From assembly GCA_031409335.1 (NCBI GenBank), contig JANNWY010000008.1:1-28131 (forward strand): 28,131 nucleotides of DNA, written 5' to 3'. The notes under the pieces were generated by a model. The model had not been told where the DNA came from. It did no database searches and worked only from the letters and a program-made list of their open reading frames with translations. The position numbers and the translations under genes were made by a program. The DNA is from Chthoniobacteraceae bacterium (GTDB lineage: Bacteria; Verrucomicrobiota; Verrucomicrobiia; Chthoniobacterales; Chthoniobacteraceae). This document shows positions 15,897 through 25,464 of this stretch, one piece after another; position 1 is the first letter of the stretch; each line of letters opens with the position of its first letter.

Positions 15897-17726
15897 ATGA
15901 AACCATACTTTTTCGACAAAGACGAACCAGATGGCGGTGGAATCCCAACCCGCGATCAAGTCGCGATTGGCGATACGTGGAACCTCACGCACTTGTATCC
16001 CACGCCCGAAGCGTGGAGCGCGGATTTTGCCGCCTTGCAGGGGCGCTACGAGGGTGTCGTGCAGTTTCGCGGGCGCGTCGGCGATTCCGCGCAGACGCTG
16101 CGCGAGGTGATGGAATTCGACAAGGCGCTCAGCCTCCAGATCGAGCGGCTGTATCATTTCGCTTCGCTAAAAAGCGCCGAGGACAGCTCCGATGCCGCAA
16201 ATCTCGCGCGGGAGGCGCAGATGCAGAATCTGCTGACGCTGATCGGAGAGGCGTCGTCATTCGTCACGCCGGAACTCCAGTCCATCGACGACGGGAAATT
16301 CGATGCCTTTCTCGCTGATCCCGTGTTGTCTGAGTGGGTGATCTCGCTGCGGAAAATGCGCCGCCTCAAGCCGCACACATTGAGCGCCGCGGAGGAGCGG
16401 CTCATGGCCCTCGCGCACAGCGCGCTCAGCGGACACGACGAGACGTTTTCGCAGCTCACGAATGTGGACATGCAGTTCGGCAAACTTGCCGACGAAGAGG
16501 GCGTCGAGCGCGAGTTGAGCCAGAGCAGTTTTTCCTCGTTCCTCGTCAAACGCGATCCCGGCCTGCGCGCGCGCGCCTTCAAACAATTCTACGCCGAGTT
16601 CGACGCGCACAAATTCACCGTCGCCTCCACGCTCGCCAACTCGGTGAAAGCCGATGTGTTCAATGCGCGCGCGCGCAATTACCCCAGCGCCCTCGAAGCC
16701 GCGCTCTTCGGCGACGACGTGCCGGTGAGTGTTTACGACAATCTCATCGCCAGCGTCCGCGCGAATCTCGCGCCGCTTTTCCGCTACTACGAACTGCGCA
16801 AACGCGTCCTGAAGCTGGACGAAATCCATCACTACGACACCTATGTTCCGATGGTCGTGAGCATCGACGTGAATACTTCGTGGGAAGAAGCGGTCGCTAA
16901 AGTCATCCGCGCGCTCGCGCCGCTCGGCGACGAATATTGCCGCACGCTTTCCGATGGGCTGAGTTCGGCCCGGTGGTGCGATCGTTACGAAAGCAAAGGC
17001 AAGCGCAGCGGAGCCTTTAGTTCGTCGAGCTACGGCAATCCGCCTTACATCCTGATGAACTACAAGGCCGACGTGTTCAGCGACGTTTACACGCTCGCGC
17101 ATGAGGCCGGACACTCGATGCACACTTGGTACGCACAGCGTTCCCAGCGTTTTCAGGAATATAACTACCCTATCTTCCTGGCCGAAGTCGCCAGCACTTT
17201 TAATGAAGAGTTACTCACGCATCACCTGTTAGCCGAGACCCAGGAACCGGCGATGCGCGCCTATCTCATCAATCGCCAGCTCGATGACATCCGCGGCACG
17301 GTCTATCGGCAGACGATGTTCGCTGAGTTTGAAAAAATCATCCACACGATGGAGGAAGCCGGCGAGCCGCTCACGCTCGACACCTTCCGCCAGGCTTATC
17401 GCGGATTGCTCGATGTTTACTTCGGACCCGGCTTCGTCATCGACACGGAGCTGGAGCTGGAATGTTTCCGCATCCCGCATTTTTACAGCGCCTTCTACGT
17501 TTACAAATACTCCACCGGCCTCAGCGCCGCGGTTGCGCTTTCCGAGCAGGTTTTGAAAACCGGCGACGCCCGGCGTTACCTCGGTTTCCTGGAAAGTGGC
17601 GCCTCGAAATATCCGATTCCGACTTTGCGAGACGCCGGCGTGGACATGTCCAGCCCCGCGCCGGTCGAGGCGACGCTGCGCATTTTCGCCGAGCGCGTGG
17701 ACGAGCTGGAGCAATTGCTGGGCTGA
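15897..17726 (+). CDS. pepF: Oligoendopeptidase F (M3B)
   Basis: TWNLTHLY, GKRSGAFSS, PYILMNY, zinc motif TLAHEAGHSMH, AEVASTFNE, RQTMFAEFE and RIPHFYSAFYVYKY. Confidence 0.96.
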   Translation: MKPYFFDKDEPDGGGIPTRDQVAIGDTWNLTHLYPTPEAWSADFAALQGRYEGVVQFRGRVGDSAQTLREVMEFDKALSLQIERLYHFASLKSAEDSSDAANLAREAQMQNLLTLIGEASSFVTPELQSIDDGKFDAFLADPVLSEWVISLRKMRRLKPHTLSAAEERLMALAHSALSGHDETFSQLTNVDMQFGKLADEEGVERELSQSSFSSFLVKRDPGLRARAFKQFYAEFDAHKFTVASTLANSVKADVFNARARNYPSALEAALFGDDVPVSVYDNLIASVRANLAPLFRYYELRKRVLKLDEIHHYDTYVPMVVSIDVNTSWEEAVAKVIRALAPLGDEYCRTLSDGLSSARWCDRYESKGKRSGAFSSSSYGNPPYILMNYKADVFSDVYTLAHEAGHSMHTWYAQRSQRFQEYNYPIFLAEVASTFNEELLTHHLLAETQEPAMRAYLINRQLDDIRGTVYRQTMFAEFEKIIHTMEEAGEPLTLDTFRQAYRGLLDVYFGPGFVIDTELELECFRIPHFYSAFYVYKYSTGLSAAVALSEQVLKTGDARRYLGFLESGASKYPIPTLRDAGVDMSSPAPVEATLRIFAERVDELEQLLG

Positions 17727-18199
17727 TGCTGGAAGGCCACGAAAAGACGCTTCTCGCCGCGCAGGGATACACCGAACTCGGCATGTTCGACGACGGCCTC
17801 GCCGAACTCGACACGCTCCCCGACAAAGCGCGGCGCGACCCGACCGCCATCGAGCTGCGCCTCGGGATTTTGATGCAGGCGCGTCGCTGGAAAAACGCGC
17901 TCACCGTCAGCCGCCAGCTCACCCGCGCCGTGCCGGACAAAAACATCGGCTACATCCACACCGCCTTTTGCCTGCACGAACTCGGCAAAACCACCGAAGC
18001 CCGCACCGTCCTGCTCACCGGCCCGGCCACGCTCCACTCCGAGCCCACCTATCACTACAATCTCGCGTGTTACGAATGCCACCTCGGCAACATGGAACTC
18101 GCCCGCGTCCACCTCGACCGCAGCTTCCAGCTCGACAAAAAATTCCGGGACTTCGCGAAGACGGATCCCGATCTTCAGGCGCTGCGGGAGAAGATATAA
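17726..18199 (+). CDS. Small TPR-like protein
   Basis: TGATG coupling to the pepF stop; AAQGYTELGM, AFCLHELGKTTEAR, HYNLACYECHLG and AKTDPDLQAL. Confidence 0.85.
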   Translation: MLEGHEKTLLAAQGYTELGMFDDGLAELDTLPDKARRDPTAIELRLGILMQARRWKNALTVSRQLTRAVPDKNIGYIHTAFCLHELGKTTEARTVLLTGPATLHSEPTYHYNLACYECHLGNMELARVHLDRSFQLDKKFRDFAKTDPDLQALREKI

Positions 18200-18420
18200 C
18201 GGAAAAATCGGGAGGGTTCCTTGGCGTTTCGGGTTTCGTGACTTCCGGGTCAGCCTTTTCCCTGGCAGTGATGCGCCACTTACAAATCCCCCGCGCCGGA
18301 CGATCGTGGCCAAGCGCGGTGTGCGGTCGCTGGGAATAGCGTTTTGACCCAACCGCCAGCGGACTTTTACGAGGTCGCGGGCCAATCCCCCGCTCAATTT
18401 GGGACGCTGGGACGCCGCGC

Positions 18421-19416
18421 TCAACTCTCCACTTTTCCCGCCCCGCGCTGATCCGCGAACAACTCCCGGATGACCTCCTCGACAGGGGGCTCCTGCACGC
18501 TGATGTCGGTGACATTACAATTCGTCAGCAGCGCGAGGCACGTCTCGGAAACGTTGGGACGCGGCACTTTGAGACGCACGGTTTGCGGACTGCGTTCGAG
18601 CGTTTCGCCGAAGGCTGCGAAGTCGGCGGCCGTGGCTTCCGCGAAGACGAGGTCGAGGATTTTGTGCGTGGCAAAGCGGTCGATGATGTCGCTCAGCGGG
18701 CCATCGAAAAAAATGCGGCCCTGGTCGATGATGATGACGCGCTGGCAAAGCTCCTCAATGTCCTGCATGTAGTGGCTCGTGAGCATCGTCACGATGCGGT
18801 TTTCGGAATTGTACTTCCGCAAAAACTCGCGGACTTTTTTCTGCGAAGTCACGTCGAGGCCGATCGTCGGTTCATCGAGAAAAAGGACGCGCGGCGAATG
18901 CAGCAGCGCGGCAATCAGCTCCATCTTCATGCGCTCGCCGAGCGAGAGTTCGCGCACCATCGTGTCGAGCTTGTCCTTCACATCGAGCAGCACCGTGAGT
19001 TCCTCCACGATCTCGCGGAAACGCGCGGGCGCGATACCGTAGATTGCGCGGTTGAGTTCGAGGGATTCGCGCGCGGGCAGATCCCACCAGAGCGCGTTCT
19101 TCTGGCCCATCAGCAGCGAGAATTGCCGCTTCATTTCATCCTTCCGCTCCCACGGCGTGAAGCCCAGCACGCGGGCCGTGCCGTGCGTGGGATTCAGCAG
19201 GCCGGAGAGCATTTTCAGCACGGTGGTTTTTCCCGCGCCGTTCGGCCCGAGGAAGCCGACGAACTCACCTTCCTCGATCGAAAATGTGACGTCGTCCGCC
19301 GCGCGCACCTCCTGATATTCGCGATGCCCAAGCCCCTTGATCGCACCCCAAAGTCCCGGCGCTTTTTTGTAAGTGCGATAGACTTTGGTGAGGCCGTGGC
19401 ATTCGATAGTGCTCAT
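18421..19416 (-). CDS. ABC-2 type exporter ATP-binding protein
   Basis: GPNGAGKTT, GQKNALWWDLP, LSLGERMKMEL, FLDEPTIGLD and TSHYMQDIE. Confidence 0.93.
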   Translation of the reverse strand: MSTIECHGLTKVYRTYKKAPGLWGAIKGLGHREYQEVRAADDVTFSIEEGEFVGFLGPNGAGKTTVLKMLSGLLNPTHGTARVLGFTPWERKDEMKRQFSLLMGQKNALWWDLPARESLELNRAIYGIAPARFREIVEELTVLLDVKDKLDTMVRELSLGERMKMELIAALLHSPRVLFLDEPTIGLDVTSQKKVREFLRKYNSENRIVTMLTSHYMQDIEELCQRVIIIDQGRIFFDGPLSDIIDRFATHKILDLVFAEATAADFAAFGETLERSPQTVRLKVPRPNVSETCLALLTNCNVTDISVQEPPVEEVIRELFADQRGAGKVES

Positions 19417-19545
19417 GAAGGCGCGGACATTGCACGAACTCCTGCGAGCGGGCAAACCCCGCAATGTCAGCATTTCCAGGCGTGAAATGCGGGTCTGCCA
19501 TTCAGCTTGATGATCTTCAGTTTCCTCCCGCAATCATCCACTGGC

Positions 19546-19800
19546 ATGACTGACCCGAGTCTCTCTTCGTTCATCTGGTCCGTCGCCGATTTGCTGCGTG
19601 GCGACTGGAAGTAGTCCGCACACGGTAAGGTCATCCCGCGTTCACCGTGCTCGCGGAGAAGGCGCTGCGCGAAAAGGCCCGGCTGAATCCCGAGCCGCCA
19701 CTGCTGTGGAAATCCGGCCAGCAACTCAGCAACACCGCGCCGCTCGACCTGAAAAAGCTCATGGCCGACCACGATCACATCGGCAAGAACCTGCGCGCCT
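19546..19800 (+). pseudogene. hsdM: Type I restriction-modification M subunit, N-terminal remnant
   Basis: MTDPSLSSFIWSVADLLRGDWK*SAHGKVI, a frameshift, then FTVLAEKALREKARLNPEPPLLWKSGQQLSNTAPLDLKKLMADHDHIGKNLRA. This matches the HsdM N-terminus (FIWSVADLLRG, GKVILPFTVL). TAG at 19612-19614. Confidence 0.85.
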
Positions 19801-19849
19801 CGCGCGCGCTGGCATTGCCAATCGGCCCGATCTCGATGGCGAATTGGTA

Positions 19850-20863
19850 TTAGCCGGCAGCGATTGCTGAAGGTTCGACGAGGGTGGCGCTGACTTGGTG
19901 GTTGAATCCGACGACCGTCACGAGCGCGCTTTCGCCGGTCATGGCGGCGGCGATGGTTTGCTGGAGGGCGCTCGCGCCGGGGGATTCGCCGAGCGATTTT
20001 TTGGGGGTGAAGACGGGGACGTTTGGAAAATGCGGTGCGAGGGCGCTGGCTTCGGCGCGGTCGATGAAGGTGCCGTTCGCGCTGCAAATCACGCGCTCGA
20101 TTTTCGCGTCTGCGAAATGCGCGAGCACGGACGCGAGCGCTGCGGCGGCGTCGCGCTGGTGGAAAAACGGCGCGCCGGGATGCGTCGTGAATTTCCAGCG
20201 GCCTTCGCGTTTCAGGACGACGGCGGCGGCACCTTCCGCGAGCGGGGTGCAGGCGAGCCGCCAGCCACGGTAGGCTTCGCAGAGGATCCAGTCGCACTCT
20301 TCCGCGCCGACGACCACGACTTGATCGACTTCGCTCGTTTCCAAAAGCTCCCCGGCGAAGTGCAGCGCGGACATTCCCACGGAGGCATCGCCGACGAGGG
20401 TGTAGCTCGCGCCGTCGATGCCGAGCAGCGCGGCGAGGTGGCTGGCGGGGGCGTTGTACACGGTTTCCGGGAAGAGCAGGGGACTCGCGGTGTGCGCGCC
20501 TTGTTTCACGATATGGTCGTAAAACTTGCGCGTGTACATCACCACGCCGTCGCTGATGGCGAAGACGACGGCGGTGTTTGCGGCGGTTTCGGGCGTCATC
20601 GCGAGGCCGGCGTTTTCCAGCGCGGCGAGGCCGGCGGCGACGGCGATTGTGCCGACGTGGCTGGAGCGGCGCAGACGCGGATTGCGCGCGAGATGGGCGA
20701 TGGCTTCGGGTGGCGTGGTGAAGATCGGATAAAGGCGACCGCTTTCGGGATTGGTGAGCGTTTTCGTTTCGGGGACGATGCCATCGCGGATTTGCGCCCA
20801 CACTTTTTCCAAATCGGTGCCGAGCGGCGTGACCCAGCCCATGCCAGCGATGCCAACGCTCAT
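19850..20863 (-). CDS. Catalytically degenerate beta-ketoacyl synthase (chain-length-factor-like)
   Basis: GIAGMGWVTPLG, SPLLFPETVYNAPAS, SANGT and KKSLGESPGAS; the Cys position reads GDAS and the His positions are replaced; ATGA overlap with the upstream KS. Confidence 0.85.
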   Translation of the reverse strand: MSVGIAGMGWVTPLGTDLEKVWAQIRDGIVPETKTLTNPESGRLYPIFTTPPEAIAHLARNPRLRRSSHVGTIAVAAGLAALENAGLAMTPETAANTAVVFAISDGVVMYTRKFYDHIVKQGAHTASPLLFPETVYNAPASHLAALLGIDGASYTLVGDASVGMSALHFAGELLETSEVDQVVVVGAEECDWILCEAYRGWRLACTPLAEGAAAVVLKREGRWKFTTHPGAPFFHQRDAAAALASVLAHFADAKIERVICSANGTFIDRAEASALAPHFPNVPVFTPKKSLGESPGASALQQTIAAAMTGESALVTVVGFNHQVSATLVEPSAIAAG

Positions 20864-22065
20864 GGCGCGGCCTCCAGGATGATGCTCGCGTTGGTGCCGC
20901 CGAAGCCGAATGAATTGGAAAGCACGCAGCGGACGCGGGCGTCGCGGGCGGTGTTGGCGACGATGTTCAAAGCCCATGCGGGATCGGCTTCGGTGTAATT
21001 GATATTGGGCGGGAGAAATTGTCCGCGCAGGGCGAGGATGCAAAACGCGGCTTCGATCGCGCCCGCTGCGCCGAGCGAATGGCCCATCATGGATTTCGTG
21101 GAACTGACCGGGACGCGGTCGCCGAAAATCTGGGCGATGGCGGTGCCTTCGGTGGCGTCGTTGAACGCGGTCGCGGTGCCGTGGGCGTTGATGTAATCGA
21201 CTTCCGCGGGCGCGCGGCGGGCGTCGGCGAGGGCGCGTTCCATCGCCTGCCGCGGGCCGATGCCGCTCGGGTGCGGTTGGGTGAGGTGATGGTTGTCGGT
21301 GGAGATGCCGTAGCCTGTGACTTCGGCGAGGATTTGCGCGCCGCGCTGTTTGGCGGATTCCATTTCCTCCAGAGCGAAAAGGGCCGCGCCTTCGCCGAGC
21401 ACGAGGCCGGTGCGGTTTCGATCAAATGGGCGAATCTTGTCGGCGGTCGAAGCCTGGAGCGCATCGAATCCGACGAAGACCAGCTCGGAAAGCGCATCGT
21501 ATCCGCCGCAGAGGATGCGCTGGTATTTTCCCGCACGCACGAGGCGGAAAGCGTGGCCGATCGCGTTCGTGCCGGAGGCGCAGGCGTTGGCAATGATCTG
21601 GCTCGGCGCGCTCCAGCGGCGATCGCTCGTGGCGTCGAGCACGGCCTTTTGCGGCATGTAATTTGCCAGCCAAAACGCCGCCTCGCGCGGGCGGCGTTGC
21701 GCGATCAGCGCGCGGTGAAATTGTTCCCCAAAACTCATCCCGCCGCTCGTCGTGCCAATGACCATCAGCTCCGGTGCAAACGCCGGATCGCCTGCCGCCA
21801 GCTCCCGAGCCGCAGCGATCATCATCTCGCTCGCCGGATGCAGCCGCCTTCCAATCCGCGATCCAAAATCCGCAATCCGCAATCCAATCTGCCCTGCTGT
21901 TTTCGCCCGCGTCTTGGAAACATCGAACGCCGTGACCGGCGAAACACAGTCACGTCCGGCGCGGAGTGACGCCGCGTTTTCCGCCGCACCCGAGCCAAGC
22001 GGGCTGACCACTCCGAGGGCCGTCACGGCGACGCGGCGCGGTTGGAAAACTTCGGTGGTCGGCAT
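20860..22065 (-). CDS. Beta-ketoacyl-ACP synthase II family protein (FabF-like KS)
   Basis: RRVAVTALGVVSPLG, NACASG (Cys), RPFDRNRTGLVLGEGA, YINAHGTAT (His), STKSMMGHSLGAAG (His) and SNSFGFGGTNA. Confidence 0.93.
   Translation of the reverse strand: MPTTEVFQPRRVAVTALGVVSPLGSGAAENAASLRAGRDCVSPVTAFDVSKTRAKTAGQIGLRIADFGSRIGRRLHPASEMMIAAARELAAGDPAFAPELMVIGTTSGGMSFGEQFHRALIAQRRPREAAFWLANYMPQKAVLDATSDRRWSAPSQIIANACASGTNAIGHAFRLVRAGKYQRILCGGYDALSELVFVGFDALQASTADKIRPFDRNRTGLVLGEGAALFALEEMESAKQRGAQILAEVTGYGISTDNHHLTQPHPSGIGPRQAMERALADARRAPAEVDYINAHGTATAFNDATEGTAIAQIFGDRVPVSSTKSMMGHSLGAAGAIEAAFCILALRGQFLPPNINYTEADPAWALNIVANTARDARVRCVLSNSFGFGGTNASIILEAAP
21853..21885. repeat. 7-bp tandem repeat inside the KS gene
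   Basis: AATCCGC GATCCAA AATCCGC AATCCGC AATCC; encodes GLRIADFGSRI on the minus strand. Confidence 0.8.
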
Positions 22066-22154
22066 GAGGCGCAGGTGTTTCGACGAGCGCGCCGGAATCC
22101 GCAACCGGCATTTCTGTTTGTTGCGCGGCGGCGTTCCCGCATAAGGACAGGCGA

Positions 22155-22613
22155 ATGAAAGACCTCTCCGATGTCGCACCGCCGAAGCAGCGCCAGATGG
22201 TGCGCAAGCGGTTCCTGTGGTTCCTCGCCGGGGCGGGCGTGAATTATTTACTCATCTCGACGCCGCTGAAATATCTCCGGGCGCATACCGAATTGCCGCT
22301 GTGGGTGGTGGTGCCGTGCAGCCTGGCGGTGAGCGCGACGTTCTTTTTTCTGTGGAATTATTTCATCAATTTCCGCACCGACTCGCGGAAGCGCGACGCT
22401 CTGCGGCGTTACCTGATGGCCGTCGTTTTTATGTGGATGATGTCATCGGGGCTGCTCCTCATTCTAAAACATTTCGACGCGCGGATGGCGTTCAGCCTGG
22501 GGAAATTCCCGCTCGATCTGGACATCGTGGCGACCCAGTTTTTCCTGAGCTGGCTGAAGTTTTTCCTCTATCACAAGTGGGTTTTCCCGCTGCCAAAAAG
22601 CCCGGCGGCATAG
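22155..22613 (+). CDS. GtrA-like four-TM membrane protein
   Basis: RFLWFLAGAGVNY, FFLWNYFINFR, RRYL and KFFLYHKWVF pattern with four hydrophobic segments. Confidence 0.75.
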   Translation: MKDLSDVAPPKQRQMVRKRFLWFLAGAGVNYLLISTPLKYLRAHTELPLWVVVPCSLAVSATFFFLWNYFINFRTDSRKRDALRRYLMAVVFMWMMSSGLLLILKHFDARMAFSLGKFPLDLDIVATQFFLSWLKFFLYHKWVFPLPKSPAA

Positions 22614-22659
22614 CAGGCGCGGCAGGGTGGGCCTGCTTCGTGCTAAATCCGGGGTCATT

Positions 22660-23205
22660 ATGCTTACGTGGCCTGCCATTATTCTTATCGCGTTGGGACT
22701 GTTGCTGATCGTGGTCGGCGCCATTTGGGCGATCGTTGTTGCTTTCAAGCGCAGCGTTTTGTGGGGGCTTTGCTATCTGTTCGTTCCGTTTGCCGCGCTC
22801 GTGTTTCTGTTTGTGGCGTGGGCCGATGTGAAACGCGCTTTTTTCGTGAACGTCATTGGCGTTTTGATGCTGGCCGCGGTGCTGCTGCTGCCGAATCAGG
22901 GCGGGCTTGCATTGACGAAACTGATCCCGCTGGAACTCAATCAGTTGGCGCCGTCGCTGGCAGTGGCGGTGCCAGATGCGCTGATCCAGGTGTCCAATGC
23001 GGACCGCATGGCGGAACTGGCCACACGCGAGCAATCGCTGCGCGCCCGGAAAGCGGCGCTCGATCTGAAGGACGAGGCGGGTGCCCGCGCGCTGACCGAG
23101 GAGATTCTCAAATACAATGCGGATCTGAAGGCCGTGACCGACGAACAGGAGGCTGCCCGCACCAAGGCCGCGCCGGTGCTCGGTTACAATCCGGCTCCGA
23201 AGTGA
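22660..23205 (+). CDS. Hypothetical membrane protein (3 TM plus C-terminal coiled coil)
   Basis: IVVAFKRSVLWGLCYLFVPFAALVFLFVAW followed by a helical ELATREQSLRARKAAL to YNADLKA stretch. Confidence 0.75.
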   Translation: MLTWPAIILIALGLLLIVVGAIWAIVVAFKRSVLWGLCYLFVPFAALVFLFVAWADVKRAFFVNVIGVLMLAAVLLLPNQGGLALTKLIPLELNQLAPSLAVAVPDALIQVSNADRMAELATREQSLRARKAALDLKDEAGARALTEEILKYNADLKAVTDEQEAARTKAAPVLGYNPAPK

Positions 23206-23320
23206 TTATCCGGTTGTCTATTGGGACGAATCCGGGAATCTTCGCGGCGGTGTCCCAAGTTTTTCTTCGCCCGGTCCGCGGTGACCTCGAACCCTCAAGC
23301 GCAATGCCGCTGCTGCCTGC

Positions 23321-24853
23321 GTGCCCGCGTTTCTCCAGCCTGTGAAATCCACCGCCGCCAAGAAGCCCGAGGTCTCGCCCCCGAAGCACTACGTTCTCGA
23401 TACGAACGTGCTCATTCACGATCCGCAGGCGATGTTTCAGTTTGAGGACAATGTCGTCTGGATTCCCGTGGAAGTGCTCGAGGAGCTGGATCGTTTCAAA
23501 TCCGAATCGACGACGCGCGGGGCGAATGCGCGCGAGGTGCATCGGAAGTTGAGCGAGCGGTTTAAGACGACGGAGCAGATGAAAGTCGGGGTGAAGCTGG
23601 AAAATGGCGGGCACCTTCAGGTGTGCGTGAATCCGAACATTCAGTTCGACAGCAAGGGGAACATGCAGCTCCTCCACGAATCCGCCCGCGCCGCGCTGGT
23701 GCGGACGATTTTCAGCGACCTGGCGCTGACCGACAATCGCATCCTCGCCAGCGCCGCGTACCTCGCGGACACGCGCTCGCCGCACACGATCCTGGTGACG
23801 AAGGACATCAACATGATGCTGAAGGCGCGGACGCTCGGGATCGAGGCGCAGGATTACCGGACGGATCGCGTGGAAGACAGCGACATCCGGCGCACGCAGC
23901 GGCGCAGCGGGCAGGAGGACTATGAGGCGATGGATATTCCGGGGCATACGTTGCAGGCGTTTGCGAGTCAGGAGCGGATCACGCTGACGGGCGGGCGCGC
24001 GTTTTTGCCGAATCAATATGTGCTGCTGCGCAATGAGGAGGAGCCGTCGCATGGCGTGCCCGCGCGGCATATCGCGAATGGGGAATTTCAGAGGCTGCAT
24101 CACGACCGGATCAATATCCGCGGTGGACGGAGTTTTACGGCGGCGAATCTGGGGCAGCACTTCTTACTGGATGCGCTGTTCGATCCTGATCTGACGCTGG
24201 TGACGGTGTATGGAAAAGCGGGCACGGGGAAGACGCTGCTGAGCGTGGGCGCGGCGCTAGAGCAGGTGCAGTGCGGGGAGTATGAGAAGATGCTCATCAC
24301 CCGCGTCATCATGCCGACCGGGAAGGACATCGGATTTTTGCCGGGAAAGATGGAAGAGAAGATGCAGCCGTGGGTGCAGCCCGCGTACGATGCGCTGGAG
24401 CAATTGCTCGCGAGGCCGCGGAAGCCGGAGAAATTTGAGCAGAAAAAACAGAGCGCGCGGAAGCACTACAGCCACTCGGCATCCGCCGAAGTCGCGCCGC
24501 AGAATGGCAAGACCGCGCGACCCTACGAGGCGCTGCTCCAGTCCGGGATGCTGGAGGTCGAGGCGATCGCGCATATCCGCGGACGGTCGCTGCCGCGCGC
24601 GATTTTCATCGTGGATGAAGCGCAGCAGCTCACGCCCCACGAGGCAAAGACGCTGGTGACGCGGATGGGGAAGGGGAGCAAGATCATCCTCATCGGCGAC
24701 CTGGCGCAGATCGACAATCCCTACGTCGATGCGCACACCAACGGCCTCGTTTTCACGCGCAATAAGATGCAGGGGCAGCCCTTCATGGCGCACGTGAATC
24801 TTTTCAAAGGTGAACGCAGTGAGATGGCCGAGGTCGCGGCGAATTTGATGTAA
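23321..24853 (+). CDS. phoH: PIN-PhoH (PhoH2-type) protein
   Basis: PIN motifs YVLDTNVLIHDP, VLEELD, DNRIL and LVTKD; PhoH motifs GKAGTGKT, IGFLPG, IRGRSL, VDEAQQLT, TRMG and GDLAQID. The GTG start is uncertain. Confidence 0.92.
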   Translation: MPAFLQPVKSTAAKKPEVSPPKHYVLDTNVLIHDPQAMFQFEDNVVWIPVEVLEELDRFKSESTTRGANAREVHRKLSERFKTTEQMKVGVKLENGGHLQVCVNPNIQFDSKGNMQLLHESARAALVRTIFSDLALTDNRILASAAYLADTRSPHTILVTKDINMMLKARTLGIEAQDYRTDRVEDSDIRRTQRRSGQEDYEAMDIPGHTLQAFASQERITLTGGRAFLPNQYVLLRNEEEPSHGVPARHIANGEFQRLHHDRINIRGGRSFTAANLGQHFLLDALFDPDLTLVTVYGKAGTGKTLLSVGAALEQVQCGEYEKMLITRVIMPTGKDIGFLPGKMEEKMQPWVQPAYDALEQLLARPRKPEKFEQKKQSARKHYSHSASAEVAPQNGKTARPYEALLQSGMLEVEAIAHIRGRSLPRAIFIVDEAQQLTPHEAKTLVTRMGKGSKIILIGDLAQIDNPYVDAHTNGLVFTRNKMQGQPFMAHVNLFKGERSEMAEVAANLM

Positions 24854-24854
24854 T

Positions 24855-25343
24855 TCAGCGCACCAGCGCGGCGACGAGGAACCACGCGACCATCAGCACG
24901 GCGACCGCGAGCTTTCCCACCATCCCCGCCGTCGTCCCGAGCAGCGTGCCCCAGGTGGATTTCCCCGCTGGGAGCAATTCCTTCCCGCCGAGCATCTCCC
25001 CAAGCAGCACGCCGATCATCGGCCCGAGGAAAAGCCCAAGCGGGAAAAAGAACACGCCCACGATCGCGCCGAGGATGCCGCCGATCGCGCCCCAGCGCGT
25101 CGCGCCAAACCACTTCGCGCCGAGCGAGCCGCACACGATATCCAGTAGGAAACTCACGACCGTCAACACGCCCAGCCCGGCGATCGTCCACCAGCCGACG
25201 CTGTGCGCCTCGCCGAGCATGAAGTGATGCAGGATCGCCGCGCCGAGGATGATCGTCGTCCCCGGCAGCAGCGGCACGACGGTGCCGATCACGCCGACGA
25301 GCATCAGGAAAAGGGTGAGCGTCCACCAGAGCGTCGAGGTCAT
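24855..25343 (-). CDS. DUF456 family membrane protein
   Basis: GVIGTVVPLLPG, GAKWFGATRWGAIGGILGAIVG, GPMIGVLLGE and GTLLG. Confidence 0.88.
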   Translation of the reverse strand: MTSTLWWTLTLFLMLVGVIGTVVPLLPGTTIILGAAILHHFMLGEAHSVGWWTIAGLGVLTVVSFLLDIVCGSLGAKWFGATRWGAIGGILGAIVGVFFFPLGLFLGPMIGVLLGEMLGGKELLPAGKSTWGTLLGTTAGMVGKLAVAVLMVAWFLVAALVR

Positions 25344-25464
25344 GGTGAAAGTGATGATTTGCGCGCGGGTGGAGCGCAAGGTTTTCCGCCGCAGTGAGGC
25401 GATGTGCATGGGGCGGGCACTTCGGCCTTGCAAAATCATCGATCCCATTTACCCAAATGCACCC

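Noticed and set aside
17130..17235. Patch of A/T-ending codons within pepF
   Set aside because: Short, with a fully conserved protein; cannot be separated from noise without computation.
23206..23320. Antitoxin ORF upstream of PIN-PhoH
   Set aside because: No credible small ORF in the 115-bp gap.
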